Of a stretch of 64,000 bases of DNA, positions 30,568 to 41,534 are shown in pieces. Source of the stretch: Bacillota bacterium (lineage in GTDB: Bacteria; Bacillota; DTU025). The notes below the pieces were generated by a model. That model saw nothing but the letters and a program-made list of their open reading frames with translations, was not told the DNA's origin and searched no databases. The translations under genes and the position numbers were made by a program. The stretch spans positions 64,001 to 128,000 of the forward strand of contig JBMNJT010000008.1 in assembly GCA_050951805.1 (NCBI GenBank), in the 5' to 3' direction. The stretch's first letter is position 1; every line of letters starts with the position of its first letter.

Positions 30568-33363
30568 ATGCAACCCGGAGATTGGCTATACGCAACAACA
30601 TATCAGACTATGTGCCAAGTAGTCGATGTTCAGGCTCTTTGGGGAGACACGATTTGCCGCATTTGGCTGCCAAATCATAATACCGTTGTGCGCGTCCCTG
30701 CAGATGAACTCAAACCCATGGGCAAGATGACTGTGGAACAGCCGGATCACATCTCGTATGTTGCGGCTGCAACCCGCATTGCTGATTCGCTTTCCAGCGA
30801 TATGCTCCTCGCCCCCATTGAGTCATCAGTCATACCCCTCCCCCATCAGATCCGGGCACTGTCGCGAGCGGTGTCCAATGAACGAGTGCGTTATTTGCTC
30901 GCAGATGAGGTGGGGCTTGGCAAGACAATCGAGGCGGGGCTTATCATGCGCGAGCTGAAACTTCGTGGGAGGGTGGCTCGTACACTCGTAGTTGCTCCAA
31001 AAGGCTTGGTCACACAATGGGTTGCAGAGATGCGCACACACTTCAACGAAGAATTCCGACTTCTGAACCCTAGCAATTTCGCTGCTTACCGTAGCATCGT
31101 CCAAGAAGAGAACATCTGGGGATGCTTTCCTCAGGTGGTTTGCCCTATGGACTCGGTCAAGCCAATCGATAGCCGTAGAGGATGGTCATATGAACAGCTG
31201 GCACAATACAATAGAGAACGATACGAGGACCTTATATCCGCAGGCTGGGACCTTATTATTGTAGACGAAGCTCATCGTCTGGGGGGGAGCACAGACCAAG
31301 TTGCAAGATATAGGCTGGGTCGGGGGCTTGCCGAAGCTGCGCCCTACATGCTCCTTCTTTCTGCAACACCGCATCAGGGGAAAAGCGATGCCTTCCATCG
31401 GCTAGTCAGTCTGCTCGACAAGCGTGCTTTTCCAGATTTGGAGAGCGTTACGAAGGAGCGCGTTCAACCGTACGTTATCCGCACAGAGAAAAGACAGGCC
31501 ATAACCGCTACAGGGGATCCCCTGTTCAAACCGCGCAGGACTCAACTAGAGGTAGTTGCCTGGGGTGACAGACATCGCAAGCAACGCATTCTGTATGATG
31601 CGGTCACAGAGTATGTTCGTGAAGGTTACAATCAGGCAATGCGAGAAAAGCGAAACTACGTTGGGTTTCTCATGATTCTTATGCAGCGCCTGATTGCTTC
31701 AAGCACGAGAGCCATACGGCTTACCCTCGAACGCCGTCTCGAAGCGCTTGAGACTCCAGAAACTCAGCTTTCGCTATTTGAAGATTTGTCACCAGAGGAT
31801 TGGTCTGAGCTTGACGGTGAAGAGCAGCTTGAAATTCTCATCAAGACCAAATTGCAAGCGATCAAGGATGAGCGAACAGAGGTCCTGCGCTTGCTCAGGT
31901 ACGCCAAAGAATGTGATGAGTCTGGCCCTGATGTCAAGGCAGAGGCACTCTTGGATTGGATATATCGTTTGCAGCAAAAAGAAGGGGATCCGAACCTCAA
32001 GGTGCTGATATTCACTGAGTTCGTGGCCACCCAGGAGATGCTTTGTCAGTTCCTAATCGCCCGAGGCTTTCAAGTAGCCTGCCTTAATGGTTCAATGGAC
32101 ATGGAAGAAAGGCAGCACGCTCAGCAGATGTTCGCTGATAGCGCCAGAATTCTTGTATCCACAGATGCTGGCGGAGAAGGCCTGAACTTGCAGTTTTGTC
32201 ATGTAGTAATAAACTATGATATTCCATGGAATCCGATGCGTTTAGAACAACGTATCGGGCGAGTAGACCGCATAGGGCAGACCAACGTTGTGCGCGCGAT
32301 CAACTTCGTGTTGGAGGATTCAGTTGATCATCGCGTGCTTGAGGTCCTAGAAGACAAGCTGGCTGTCATTTACGATGAATTCGGTGTTGATAAGACTGGA
32401 GATGTTCTTGACTCAGCTCAAGCCGCCAACATCTTTGAGCAACTCTACATTGAGGCAGTTCTCAATCCCGAATCCGTTCAAATGTCAGTGGATAAAGCAG
32501 TATCCCTCATAGGCACACATGCTCTTGAGAGGAGAGAGAATGCACAGTTGCTGGTGTCTACAGAGGATCTGGATCCGGGTGTAGCGCGGCGCATGATGCT
32601 ACATCCCTTGCCGGACTGGGTTGAGCGTATGACCGTGGCATTCGTAAGGTCACACGGGGGTGGCGCAGAAGCGAACAACGGCAGATGGCATATATTCTGG
32701 CCTGATGGTTCAGAGGATGTGGACGTCGTATTCACCCGCAGGGATGCAGAGAAGTTTTCGACGGCGCGCCGCTTAACTTTGGAGAACTCACGAGTCCGTG
32801 GCTTAGTAATGAACCTGCCACGGTTTGCGCGCGGTCAACCAATCCCGTGCATAGCTTTACCAGGCATTCCAAGGGCAGTGAGCGGGTTTTGGTCTCTTTG
32901 GTCCATATCTGTTCAGGCAGAACAGTGGAATCAGCGACGGATCATTCCACTGTTTCTGCATGATGATGGGAGAGTGCTTGGCCCAACAGCAAGGCGGGTC
33001 TGGGATGCTCTATTGTCAGAAACCCCCGTGATAATGGGCCAAATCAGTGGTGCCGATGCGTGCAGCGCTTTCGACCGTCTTTCCGAAGAGGCCGAATCTC
33101 ATGGGAAACCTCTGTATCAGGAGCTTGCAGCAGAGCATGAAGCATGCATGGCCCAGGAACGAGAGAAGGCCAAGTATGCCTTTGAAGCCCGGCGTCGAGC
33201 TATCAAACGTGTTGGACTGGCTGAGGTTCGCCAATATCGACTGGCACAGCTTGGCCGGGAGGAGCAAAGGTGCGAAGCAGAGATGGCACCAAGAACCAGC
33301 ATAATGCCTGAATTGGCGCCCCTGCTCATGATTCATGTCGAGGCAGGTGTTGACGATGAGTAG
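30568..33363 (+). CDS. brxHII: BREX SNF2-family helicase BrxHII
   Basis: PLPHQ, LADEVGLGKT, DEAH, SATPHQG, GGEGLNLQ, PWNPMRLEQRIGRVDRIGQ. Confidence 0.9.
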   Translation: MQPGDWLYATTYQTMCQVVDVQALWGDTICRIWLPNHNTVVRVPADELKPMGKMTVEQPDHISYVAAATRIADSLSSDMLLAPIESSVIPLPHQIRALSRAVSNERVRYLLADEVGLGKTIEAGLIMRELKLRGRVARTLVVAPKGLVTQWVAEMRTHFNEEFRLLNPSNFAAYRSIVQEENIWGCFPQVVCPMDSVKPIDSRRGWSYEQLAQYNRERYEDLISAGWDLIIVDEAHRLGGSTDQVARYRLGRGLAEAAPYMLLLSATPHQGKSDAFHRLVSLLDKRAFPDLESVTKERVQPYVIRTEKRQAITATGDPLFKPRRTQLEVVAWGDRHRKQRILYDAVTEYVREGYNQAMREKRNYVGFLMILMQRLIASSTRAIRLTLERRLEALETPETQLSLFEDLSPEDWSELDGEEQLEILIKTKLQAIKDERTEVLRLLRYAKECDESGPDVKAEALLDWIYRLQQKEGDPNLKVLIFTEFVATQEMLCQFLIARGFQVACLNGSMDMEERQHAQQMFADSARILVSTDAGGEGLNLQFCHVVINYDIPWNPMRLEQRIGRVDRIGQTNVVRAINFVLEDSVDHRVLEVLEDKLAVIYDEFGVDKTGDVLDSAQAANIFEQLYIEAVLNPESVQMSVDKAVSLIGTHALERRENAQLLVSTEDLDPGVARRMMLHPLPDWVERMTVAFVRSHGGGAEANNGRWHIFWPDGSEDVDVVFTRRDAEKFSTARRLTLENSRVRGLVMNLPRFARGQPIPCIALPGIPRAVSGFWSLWSISVQAEQWNQRRIIPLFLHDDGRVLGPTARRVWDALLSETPVIMGQISGADACSAFDRLSEEAESHGKPLYQELAAEHEACMAQEREKAKYAFEARRRAIKRVGLAEVRQYRLAQLGREEQRCEAEMAPRTSIMPELAPLLMIHVEAGVDDE

Positions 33364-35362
33364 CTGGCGGGAAGCGATCTTACGTGAGCTTTCACTGAAT
33401 CTTTCAAGATTATATGTTGTGGCAGATCCTGACGGGCTCTTGTTTGAAGAGGGTTTGGCACAAGAAATTCGTGACATGGGTTTTGACATACTTCCGTTCG
33501 ATGATCCTGTAGTATTCAGATATGTCTATGAAAGTCGGTACCGCAATAACCCAATCTACTCAGACACAGTTGGCAGGGGTCTCATTGTGCGTTGTGCCTC
33601 CCATGATTTCTCCGAGCTGCCCTATGATATTCTCAAATCAGGGCGTAATCTTTCATTCGGCCTTGCGGAGTTGTTCCCCAATCTCAGCTATCCTGTAGTA
33701 GCCGAACTGGATTTGGGCGATCTTGAAATTCTCTATCGGAAGCAGGAGCAGTACAAACCTCAGATGCTAGGCGATAATGCGACTAGGGATTTCGTTCTTG
33801 AACACGTTTTCCGAATAGCGCCGGAAAGGGTAAGTGATCCTGCCGATTTGCTATTGGTATTGCTGCGCCGGCATTACGGAGGCATCCAGTTTCCTGTAAG
33901 CTTGGATCAGTATCTCATTGATAGACTTTCCGAAAAAGAGCAGCTAAGGGATTGGCCTCTTGAGCAAATAATCCCTGATGGACAGGCCTTTCTCGGATTT
34001 CTCCAGGAAAGATGGTCGATCTTTCTTGATCACATTGCTGGGCTCGATGGCGAATTTGTGAATGAACCTGCTTCATCCCTAACACTGAAGTTTAGTGGTC
34101 CTGCCTATCTTCCTCTTGATGACGACAGAATTTGTCCTTACATTAAGAGCCTGTTCCTAGATGGTCTTTTGAAGCCAATCGAATACGATAAGTGGGAACT
34201 CGTAACCGATCGTTGGGTTGAAGTGGGGGTAAAGACTGATCAGGAAGCGTATCATATACGTCGTTTGGGTGGCCTAATCGAGTCTGCTTTACACAGCGTT
34301 CCATCTTCAGAGAGTGCCTATCGTGATTGGTTAGCGTATGCTCGTCGGTGGGCGGAGCTGACTGTACTGAGCATGGAGATCCGTGATAAGCTGGATGCTG
34401 AGTTGTTGGACCAACTACAACATTTGTATGCTAGAGTTGATTCTGAGTTTCTTGAGTGGGTGTGTAACCGATATGCCGGGTTACACAACTGCCCAGCATT
34501 TCCGCCCGTTATGGTTCACCATATTCCACGTTTCTTGGCTATGCAGATGGAAAATGGTGTATGTGACAAGGTTGCTCTCATAGTAGTTGATGGCATGGCC
34601 CTAGATCAATGGCTAGTAATCAAAGACACACTGGAAAAGCAGCGACCGGGGTATAATCTCGAAGAAAATGACGTTTTTGCCTGGATTCCTACACTTACAT
34701 CGGTGTCAAGACAAGCCATTTTTGCGGGAAAACCCCCGTTGTATTTCCCCGATAGCCTTCTCTCTACCAACGAAGACAAGGCGCACTGGGTTCGTTTTTG
34801 GGCAGGCTGCGGTGTGGCCAAGAACAGGGTGGCTTACGAGAGAGGATTGGGCCATGACGACCTTGAGTTGGTACGCGAGATAGCGTCTAACCCCGCGATT
34901 CGCGTGATTGGCCTAGTAATAAATACAGTAGACCAGATCATGCACGGAATGATGCTGGGATCAGCAGGGATGCATAACCAAGTGCGGCAGTGGGCCCGTG
35001 AAGAGTATTTGGCCAACCTCATCGATATCCTAATCGATCATGGTTTTCATGTGGCGCTTACCTCAGACCATGGGAACATAGAAGCGACAGGATGCGGCAG
35101 TCCTTCAGAACGGGCCATTGCAGACCTAAGGGGTGAGCGTGTGCGAGTCTATCCAGATTGCAGGTTGAGAGATCTTGTGAAAGAGAAGTTCCCAGACGCT
35201 ATTGAATGGTCTCCCATGGGCCTGCACGATGATTTCCTACCTCTTATTGCTCCGGATCGTTCTGCATTTGTAAACCGGGATAAGAGGATCGTAACGCATG
35301 GCGGCATATCAATTGAAGAGCTGATCGTGCCATTTGTCCAGATTCAAAGGAGGACATCATGA
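33356..35362 (+). CDS. pglZ: BREX alkaline-phosphatase-fold protein PglZ
   Basis: VVADPDGLL, VVDGMALDQW, IPTLTSVSRQAIF, TSDHGN, THGGISIEE. Confidence 0.92.
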   Translation: MSSWREAILRELSLNLSRLYVVADPDGLLFEEGLAQEIRDMGFDILPFDDPVVFRYVYESRYRNNPIYSDTVGRGLIVRCASHDFSELPYDILKSGRNLSFGLAELFPNLSYPVVAELDLGDLEILYRKQEQYKPQMLGDNATRDFVLEHVFRIAPERVSDPADLLLVLLRRHYGGIQFPVSLDQYLIDRLSEKEQLRDWPLEQIIPDGQAFLGFLQERWSIFLDHIAGLDGEFVNEPASSLTLKFSGPAYLPLDDDRICPYIKSLFLDGLLKPIEYDKWELVTDRWVEVGVKTDQEAYHIRRLGGLIESALHSVPSSESAYRDWLAYARRWAELTVLSMEIRDKLDAELLDQLQHLYARVDSEFLEWVCNRYAGLHNCPAFPPVMVHHIPRFLAMQMENGVCDKVALIVVDGMALDQWLVIKDTLEKQRPGYNLEENDVFAWIPTLTSVSRQAIFAGKPPLYFPDSLLSTNEDKAHWVRFWAGCGVAKNRVAYERGLGHDDLELVREIASNPAIRVIGLVINTVDQIMHGMMLGSAGMHNQVRQWAREEYLANLIDILIDHGFHVALTSDHGNIEATGCGSPSERAIADLRGERVRVYPDCRLRDLVKEKFPDAIEWSPMGLHDDFLPLIAPDRSAFVNRDKRIVTHGGISIEELIVPFVQIQRRTS

Positions 35363-36141
35363 CGGATCGTTTTTCACAGATAGGATTCAGCAGACATATA
35401 TGCCTTGAATGGCTTGAGCATACTGCCAATCTCGTCTTAGCTGGAAACGATGAGACGGCGATCTCGGGAATTCTCGACGAGTCTCTCCGAGATCAAGTTG
35501 CTGTCGGAAGCAGCGCCAAACGTAATGCTCGTGACAAGACAGTGACCATACTTATGAAAACATGGGCTAATGTGCAGCCAGAGCTCGGATCCTTTCGAGA
35601 TAGGGGGCTCAGGATGATCAAGGAGACCCCTATGGAGCAACATGTTGCAATCCACTATGGCATGGCCATGGCGGCCTACCCATTTCTGAAGACTGTTGCC
35701 GAGAACACAGGCAGGCTTTTACGCCTTCAGGATACTGTGAAGTTGAGTCAGATTCAGCGCAGGTTGAGGGATGTTTACGGTGACCGGGAGACTGTTTCCC
35801 GATCTACCCGGTATGCAATTAGTTCTCTTGTTGACTGGGGTATATTATCGAAAGGCGCATCTCCAGGGTTCTATGAGTCAGGGCAGGTTTGCCGCGTAGA
35901 CAACGAAGAAATGGCTATCTGGCTTATGGAGGCATTGCTTCATGCAACGGAAAATGGAAGGGCACCTATGTCCACGACTCTGAACTCACCTGCCCTGTTT
36001 CCGTTTTCTTTGACCTACGTGCCATCGGATCTTGTTCCAAAATACAGTCAGGTTGATGTCGTGCGCCATGGGTTGGATCAGAAATTGCTTGTACTTCGAA
36101 CCGATTTGGACAGTCTTGCCGCTAGGAACCGCAAAAATTGA
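35359..36141 (+). CDS. brxA: Probable BREX type 3 BrxA
   Basis: Last gene, ATGA-coupled to pglZ; IGF...I.LEWL, YPF, YGDRETVSRS motifs; size and position fit BREX-3 brxA. Confidence 0.7.
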   Translation: MTDRFSQIGFSRHICLEWLEHTANLVLAGNDETAISGILDESLRDQVAVGSSAKRNARDKTVTILMKTWANVQPELGSFRDRGLRMIKETPMEQHVAIHYGMAMAAYPFLKTVAENTGRLLRLQDTVKLSQIQRRLRDVYGDRETVSRSTRYAISSLVDWGILSKGASPGFYESGQVCRVDNEEMAIWLMEALLHATENGRAPMSTTLNSPALFPFSLTYVPSDLVPKYSQVDVVRHGLDQKLLVLRTDLDSLAARNRKN

Positions 36142-36683
36142 CGTATGGATTTCAGTCGCTTTGTTCTTGCCTTGTCTTTTTCATGCGATGGATGGCGATC
36201 CGTGCAGGCAATCTATTGGGCGCAGTAGATTCGGGGAAAAGATGGGAACAGTGGAGGAGTGCTCCGGTAATTGGAGAAGATGAAGGGTAGTGTATGGTTA
36301 TTCATCTTGTAGCTAATGAATGTGAGTAATCGACAATATGGGGGATGCATATGCAGCTTTATCAAGGCATGAGTGAACAATTCGTGACTATGGTAAGGGA
36401 GAACCGGGTGGATTACGTCCTAACGGAGAGTTATAAGAGTCAGCTCGGTTCGAATCCGTCTCCGTCTGAAGTGAGGTCATGGCGGAACTCTCTTAAGGAA
36501 GTGGCCTGGACACTCGAGGATTCTGGATTTACGGATCTCGGCATGATAGTTGAGTACAGGCTTCCACAGACGAGTAGGCGCCTCGATGTGATGATGATGG
36601 GCCGGGACACCTATTCAAAAGATAATGCTGTTATTGTTGAGCTCAAACAGTGGGATACTGCTCGGGCTACCGATATAGATGAC

Positions 36684-38332
36684 AAGTCACGTCCGATATA
36701 ATGCTGTAAAAAGGCCTTCGCCCTGTTGTGGTGGGTGGGGATGGGTATGGAAAGGCCACTGGTTCTCTAGTAGAATTGGAGCATGAGCGAACCAATTATC
36801 TACTAGGAGGAGAACCAATGGCTACATATCAGATTAGCATATCCGAAGAGCAATTGCATGGACTTTTTGATGGGGACCGTGGGTTAGCAAACCTTCTTGA
36901 ATCAGTGCTTAACCAGGTGCTTGAAGCGCAGGCTACGGAGCAGCTTGGGGCAGAGCCTTATCAGAGAACTGAGGAGCGGACCGGGTATCGCAATGGGTCC
37001 AGAAGGCGACCCTTGGTGACGCGGGTGGGCTCAATTACCCTTGAGGTCCCCCAGTTTAGAAAGGGCAAGCTGGATACGGACCTTTTTGAAAGGTACCAGC
37101 GCAGCGAACGAGCCCTGATTGCCACGCTTGTTGAAATGGTAGTGAACGGAGTGTCTACTCGTAAGATTCGAAAGATAACCCGCGAGCTATGTGGTGTGGA
37201 CATCTCGGAATCCACAGTCTCAGACATGGTGAAGACGCTGGACCCTGCAGTGCGCGAATGGCGTGAACGTCCTCTCGACAAAGGGCCATATCCATTTTTA
37301 TTGGTTGATGCGATAGTGATCAAGATCCGCAAGGGAGGCAGGGTCTGGAATCACAGTGCGCTGATCGCCGTAGGCGTAAACTCTGAAGGCATGCGCGAGA
37401 TTATCGGGTTCATGCTTGCAGACAGCGAGAAGGAAGACTCATGGCGCGAGTTCTTCAACTCTTTAAAGGCAAGGGGCCTTTCGGGCGTAGACCTTGTGGT
37501 GTCAGATGACCATGGAGGACTAGTCAATGCTGTAGCAGTAGAGTTTCAGGGGGCATCATGGCAGCGTTGCCAGACTCATTTCACTAAGAACATCCTGGAT
37601 GCGTGCCCCAAGGCGCTTAAGGATGAACTCCACTCCCGACTGCGCCTCATGTTTGAAGCGCCCGATATGGATACTGCCAGAGAATTGCTTGGTGGCATCA
37701 TCGCTGATTTCGCAGCTCGGGCCCCTAAGGCAATCGACAGGCTTGAAGAAGGATTTGACGATGCAATGGCTGTAATGGTTCTACCCCAATGCCTCCGGAA
37801 AAGGCTGAGAACAACCAACTGTGTAGAGAGGCTCAACGAAGAGATCCGAAGGCGGGAACGGGTGATAAGGATATTCCCAAACGGTGATTCGGCCATCAGG
37901 CTGCTTGGTGCTGTGCTTATCGAAAGGGATGAGGATTGGTCTACCGGTCGCAAGTATCTCAACATGGCCGAGTATTGGCAATGGAAGCAGGCTTGTGAAT
38001 CGGGCCAGGCAGAATCCTCGCTCCATGTCGCTTGAGGGTTAGCGCTTCTCGTTACAATCCAAGCTGATGGCTATCGCTGACTCCGGCGCAGACCGAGAGG
38101 AAAGCAGAACCTAGCTAGAGATAAATATCTTGGTCATGGACTAACTTGCCTCGAGGCCGAGCCGGAGTACAATACTCATTCGGCTTGGATAGAAAGTGCA
38201 AACCAGTCGAATGCGTCCACTATACCAAGGAAGAGGAATTGGATGAAATTCGTCGGCAGTCCCGACTAGCTACCTATACAAACATGCTCCAGTAGAGGAG
38301 AACTGTTTTTACAGCACATTTCGGACTTGATC
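36684..38332 (+). mobile_element. IS256-family insertion sequence
   Basis: 8-bp duplication TAGATGAC at 36676-36683 and 38333-38340; imperfect terminal inverted repeats sharing GTCCGA...TGCTGTAAAAA. Confidence 0.92.
36818..38035 (+). CDS. IS256-family (Mutator) transposase
   Basis: YRNG, GVSTRKI, VVSDDHGGL, WQRCQTHF, RTTNCVERLNEEIRRRERVIRIFPN; ATG 36818 after AGGAGG. Confidence 0.95.
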   Translation: MATYQISISEEQLHGLFDGDRGLANLLESVLNQVLEAQATEQLGAEPYQRTEERTGYRNGSRRRPLVTRVGSITLEVPQFRKGKLDTDLFERYQRSERALIATLVEMVVNGVSTRKIRKITRELCGVDISESTVSDMVKTLDPAVREWRERPLDKGPYPFLLVDAIVIKIRKGGRVWNHSALIAVGVNSEGMREIIGFMLADSEKEDSWREFFNSLKARGLSGVDLVVSDDHGGLVNAVAVEFQGASWQRCQTHFTKNILDACPKALKDELHSRLRLMFEAPDMDTARELLGGIIADFAARAPKAIDRLEEGFDDAMAVMVLPQCLRKRLRTTNCVERLNEEIRRRERVIRIFPNGDSAIRLLGAVLIERDEDWSTGRKYLNMAEYWQWKQACESGQAESSLHVA

Positions 38333-39866
38333 TAGATGACACAGTCATGGTTGGGCCCGTGTATCATCTGCATCCATCGCGGCAAGCAGGTAACTATGCT
38401 GAGTATCTTAGGGATTGCCATACTGCCTTCTACGCATCTCCCGACAACACAAATCCTATCCAACTCTCTGCATGCAGCTTCCTACACAATGCCCATCGCC
38501 AAGTATGTGGCGACCTTTATAGCCCCATGTACTCTGATACATTGACCGAATATCCATTATTCACTGGAGATCAAAGATACGATTTCCGGGGTTTTCTTGA
38601 AGAACGTGTTTCAGAGGGCGGGGGTGATGAGGTGCTGAACAGGTTCCTTACCAGCAGATATCGTCCTAGCAAGAAACTATTGGACAATGCTGCGAGAATG
38701 ATAGAAGGCAATCCCGTGTTTACTCTCCTAGATGAACAGCAACTTGTCTTCAACATAGTGGTGGCCTCGGTTAAGAAACTGCAGATCACAGAGCACAAGT
38801 CAGTTGTAATAGTTACGGGTGGACCTGGCACCGGAAAAAGCGTAATAGCTGTACGTCTTCTAGCTGCCTTGGCAAGGGAAAATGTGAATGTAGTTCATTG
38901 TACGGGCTCGGCTGCATTCACTACTAACCTCAGGGCTCAGGTTGGAAACAGACCAGCTGCCCTGTTCAAGTATTTCAACTCGTTCATGCAAACAGGCTAC
39001 AACGAGATAGATGTCCTGATTGCAGATGAAGCTCATCGTATTCGTGAGACCAGTAACAGCCGATTTACCCGGAAGGATCAACGATCAAACAAACCTCAGG
39101 TTTACGAGCTGATAGATGCGGCGAAAGTGAGTGTTTTCTTCTTGGACGATCATCAAGTTGTGCGACCGGATGAGATTGGCACCCCAGACTTGATCGAGAA
39201 GGCAGCCCGTGAGCGTGGGGCCAGAGTATTCAAGGTCGATCTGAACGCACAATTCAGATGCTCTGGTTCAGAAGCGTATATCGACTGGCTCAACTATGTT
39301 TTTGGAGTTGGGGGCAGAGAAGATCTGTCTTGGCTCTTAGAGAGGGAATACGAGTTCGAAATAACGTCGTCTCCCGAAGAACTTGAGGAGATGATTCGTG
39401 GTCGTGCTAAACAGGGCAACACCGCCCGCATAGTGGCGGGTTTCTGTTGGCCATGGTCAAATCCTCTTCCAGACGGCTCTTTGGTGCCTGACGTGGCCAT
39501 AGGAGAGTGGTCTAGGCCATGGAACAGAAAACGAACAGGCTCGCCGTCGCCAAAGAATGACCCATATACAATCTGGGCAACCCGGGACGAGGGACTAGAT
39601 CAGATAGGTTGTATCTATTCCGCACAAGGATTTGAGTTTGACTACTGTGGTGTCATATTCGGCACTGACTTGGTTTGGGATGACTCAACTGGTTCATGGG
39701 TTGGCTTGAAGCAGAACAGCTGCGATGCTGTTGTGAAAAGAAGTGCTGATTTTACGCAGTTGATGCTTCATACCTATAGGGTCCTTCTATCCCGCGGCAT
39801 GAAAGGCACCTACGTATACTTCCTCGACCAGGCAACCCGAAACCATTTTGAGGAGGCTCTTTTCGG

Positions 39867-40238
39867 TTGATGGACAAACCGGTTACAACAGCACATGCCC
39901 GAAGCGAACTAATGCAGTTGCTGCTCGTGTTCCGCGATGAAAGAGAGTGGGGCCAGTTCCATACCCCCAAGAACCTAGCGATAGCGCTTGTAGCGGAGGC
40001 GTCGGAGCTGCTTTCGCTCTTTCAATGGACCAAAGATGCGGAGCTCGATGAGAGATGTCGGGAAAAGCGGACCGAAATAGAACAGGAGATCGCCGATATC
40101 TACATATACCTTCTATTCCTCGCCAACGAACTTGGAATTGACCTTGATGAAGTGGCTGCAGAGAAGATGAAGCTCAACGCCGAGCATTATCCCGCTAACA
40201 AGGCAAAGGGCAACGCCAGGAAATACACGGAGCTTTAG
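39867..40238 (+). CDS. MazG-like nucleotide pyrophosphohydrolase (dCTPase-like)
   Basis: FRDEREWGQFHTPKNLA..L..EASEL...FQW, EIADI, KM..N...YP; coupled to the DUF2075 stop. Confidence 0.9.
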   Translation: MMDKPVTTAHARSELMQLLLVFRDEREWGQFHTPKNLAIALVAEASELLSLFQWTKDAELDERCREKRTEIEQEIADIYIYLLFLANELGIDLDEVAAEKMKLNAEHYPANKAKGNARKYTEL

Positions 40239-40400
40239 CAATGCACGGCTCGATGCAGCTGCTGCCTTCAGTCGCCAGGGGGTGTTAACGCTGGTCCACG
40301 GGCATGGAAAGATCCCTGGTAGGCTTCATCGAACAAGAAGATCAGGTCTTCGCCTGCGTAAAGGGGCTGTCCGGTTAGCGCACGGCTGACATAATGCAGG

Positions 40401-40650
40401 ATGTGGAGCGGACGCCGCTACACCGGAACACAGAAGTGTCTGTTGTACCCGTCAGAGCTTGCGCCTATTACCATAGGCGATTGCCCGGTGGGATCCTCAG
40501 GTCGCGGAAGACCGCTGGTATCTGGACATTGCCATGCTCACAGCCACTGGGCGAAGGAGACTGCCACCTCACTGCTCGCCCTGTACGAAAGCCTCAGTAT
40601 TATCCGCGAAGAGGGACTTGAGGCCCGTTGTGCAAGGCACGAGCTTCAAT
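40401..40650 (+). pseudogene. Remnant of a class V (alanine-glyoxylate-like) aminotransferase
   Basis: GTQKCL..P..LAPIT PLP-lysine motif and LYESL..IREEGLEAR..RH; both ends missing. Confidence 0.55.
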
Positions 40651-40763
40651 TAACAAGACCTCATCCAACCCGGATCAGGGCTCGCTGCCGCCTACCAAAA
40701 TGGAATCACGTCGCGTCCTGCCAGCAAAACTAGAACCAGCGTGCATATACTTGCTCGATGTTA

Positions 40764-40792
40764 TTGACATATGCACAAAATGCATGTAGTAT
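40764..40792 (+). promoter_or_regulatory. Sigma70/SigA-type promoter for the DUF134-mrp genes
   Basis: TTGACA-17 bp-TAGTAT; a CATATG palindrome overlaps the -35 box. Confidence 0.55.
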
Positions 40793-40843
40793 CCTTGTGG
40801 AATGTGCGCGATTTCACAAATGCATCTTAAGAGGGGCGAGAAC

Positions 40844-41428
40844 ATGGGCAGACCTCCCAAGGTGAGATGTGTGGAGATGATCCCTCCTGTAAGAACCTTT
40901 TGCCCGTGTGGCAACTGGCCGGAATGCCGTGCTCATCGTGGGGCAGATGAACGAATCGAGATGACAGTGGATGAGATGGAAGCTATTCGCCTCAAGGATC
41001 TGGAAGGCTGCGAACAGACAGAGTGTGCAGACAGAATGAATATCTCGAGAGGCACATTCCAGAGGATACTCTCGTCTGCCCGCTGGAAAGTGGCGAAGGC
41101 TCTCACAGAAGGCTTGATCTTGCAGATATCCGGCGGTGAATACTGCCTGGCCCAATCGACCATCATCTGTCTCGACTGTGGGCATGCTTGGCCTGTTTGT
41201 CGCCCAAACGCCGATAGCAAGGATGAATGTGAAGAGACCGTAACTGCCGAGGACGGCACAGTATCGGGTTCATGTCCTGAGTGCAGAGGGACCAACCTTG
41301 TCGAGAAAGGCGGAGAATGCTCGGGGCCTGGCGGTAGGGAAGATTGTCCGCGCAGAAGAGAGCGTGGACGCCGTGGTTGCTCGCATCGCTCAGGCGCCGA
41401 AGAGTCAGCAGCCAAAAGCACCGACTGA
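40844..41428 (+). CDS. DUF134 DNA-binding protein with a Cys-rich tail
   Basis: MGRPPKVR, EAIRLKDLEG..Q...A..M.ISR.TFQRIL..AR.KVA.AL, CLDC...CPEC. Confidence 0.88.
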   Translation: MGRPPKVRCVEMIPPVRTFCPCGNWPECRAHRGADERIEMTVDEMEAIRLKDLEGCEQTECADRMNISRGTFQRILSSARWKVAKALTEGLILQISGGEYCLAQSTIICLDCGHAWPVCRPNADSKDECEETVTAEDGTVSGSCPECRGTNLVEKGGECSGPGGREDCPRRRERGRRGCSHRSGAEESAAKSTD

Positions 41429-41534
41429 TCGACATTGCTCGATCTACGGAAGCGGTGATAGTGGCTGAAGTATTGGTTGTGCTGCCCCACGAGGGTGGGT
41501 ATACCGAAACTAAAGACGCAAGAAGGACGGAAGA

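Larger units (their letters stand above)
36345..39870 (+). pseudogene. DUF2075 nuclease/helicase-like gene interrupted by IS256
   Basis: 36345-36683 (EYRLP...RLD...VELKQW) joins in frame to 38341-39870 (GGPGTGKS, DEAHR, QFRC, GCIYSAQGFEFDY, YRVLLSRG), giving 622 aa. Confidence 0.88.
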
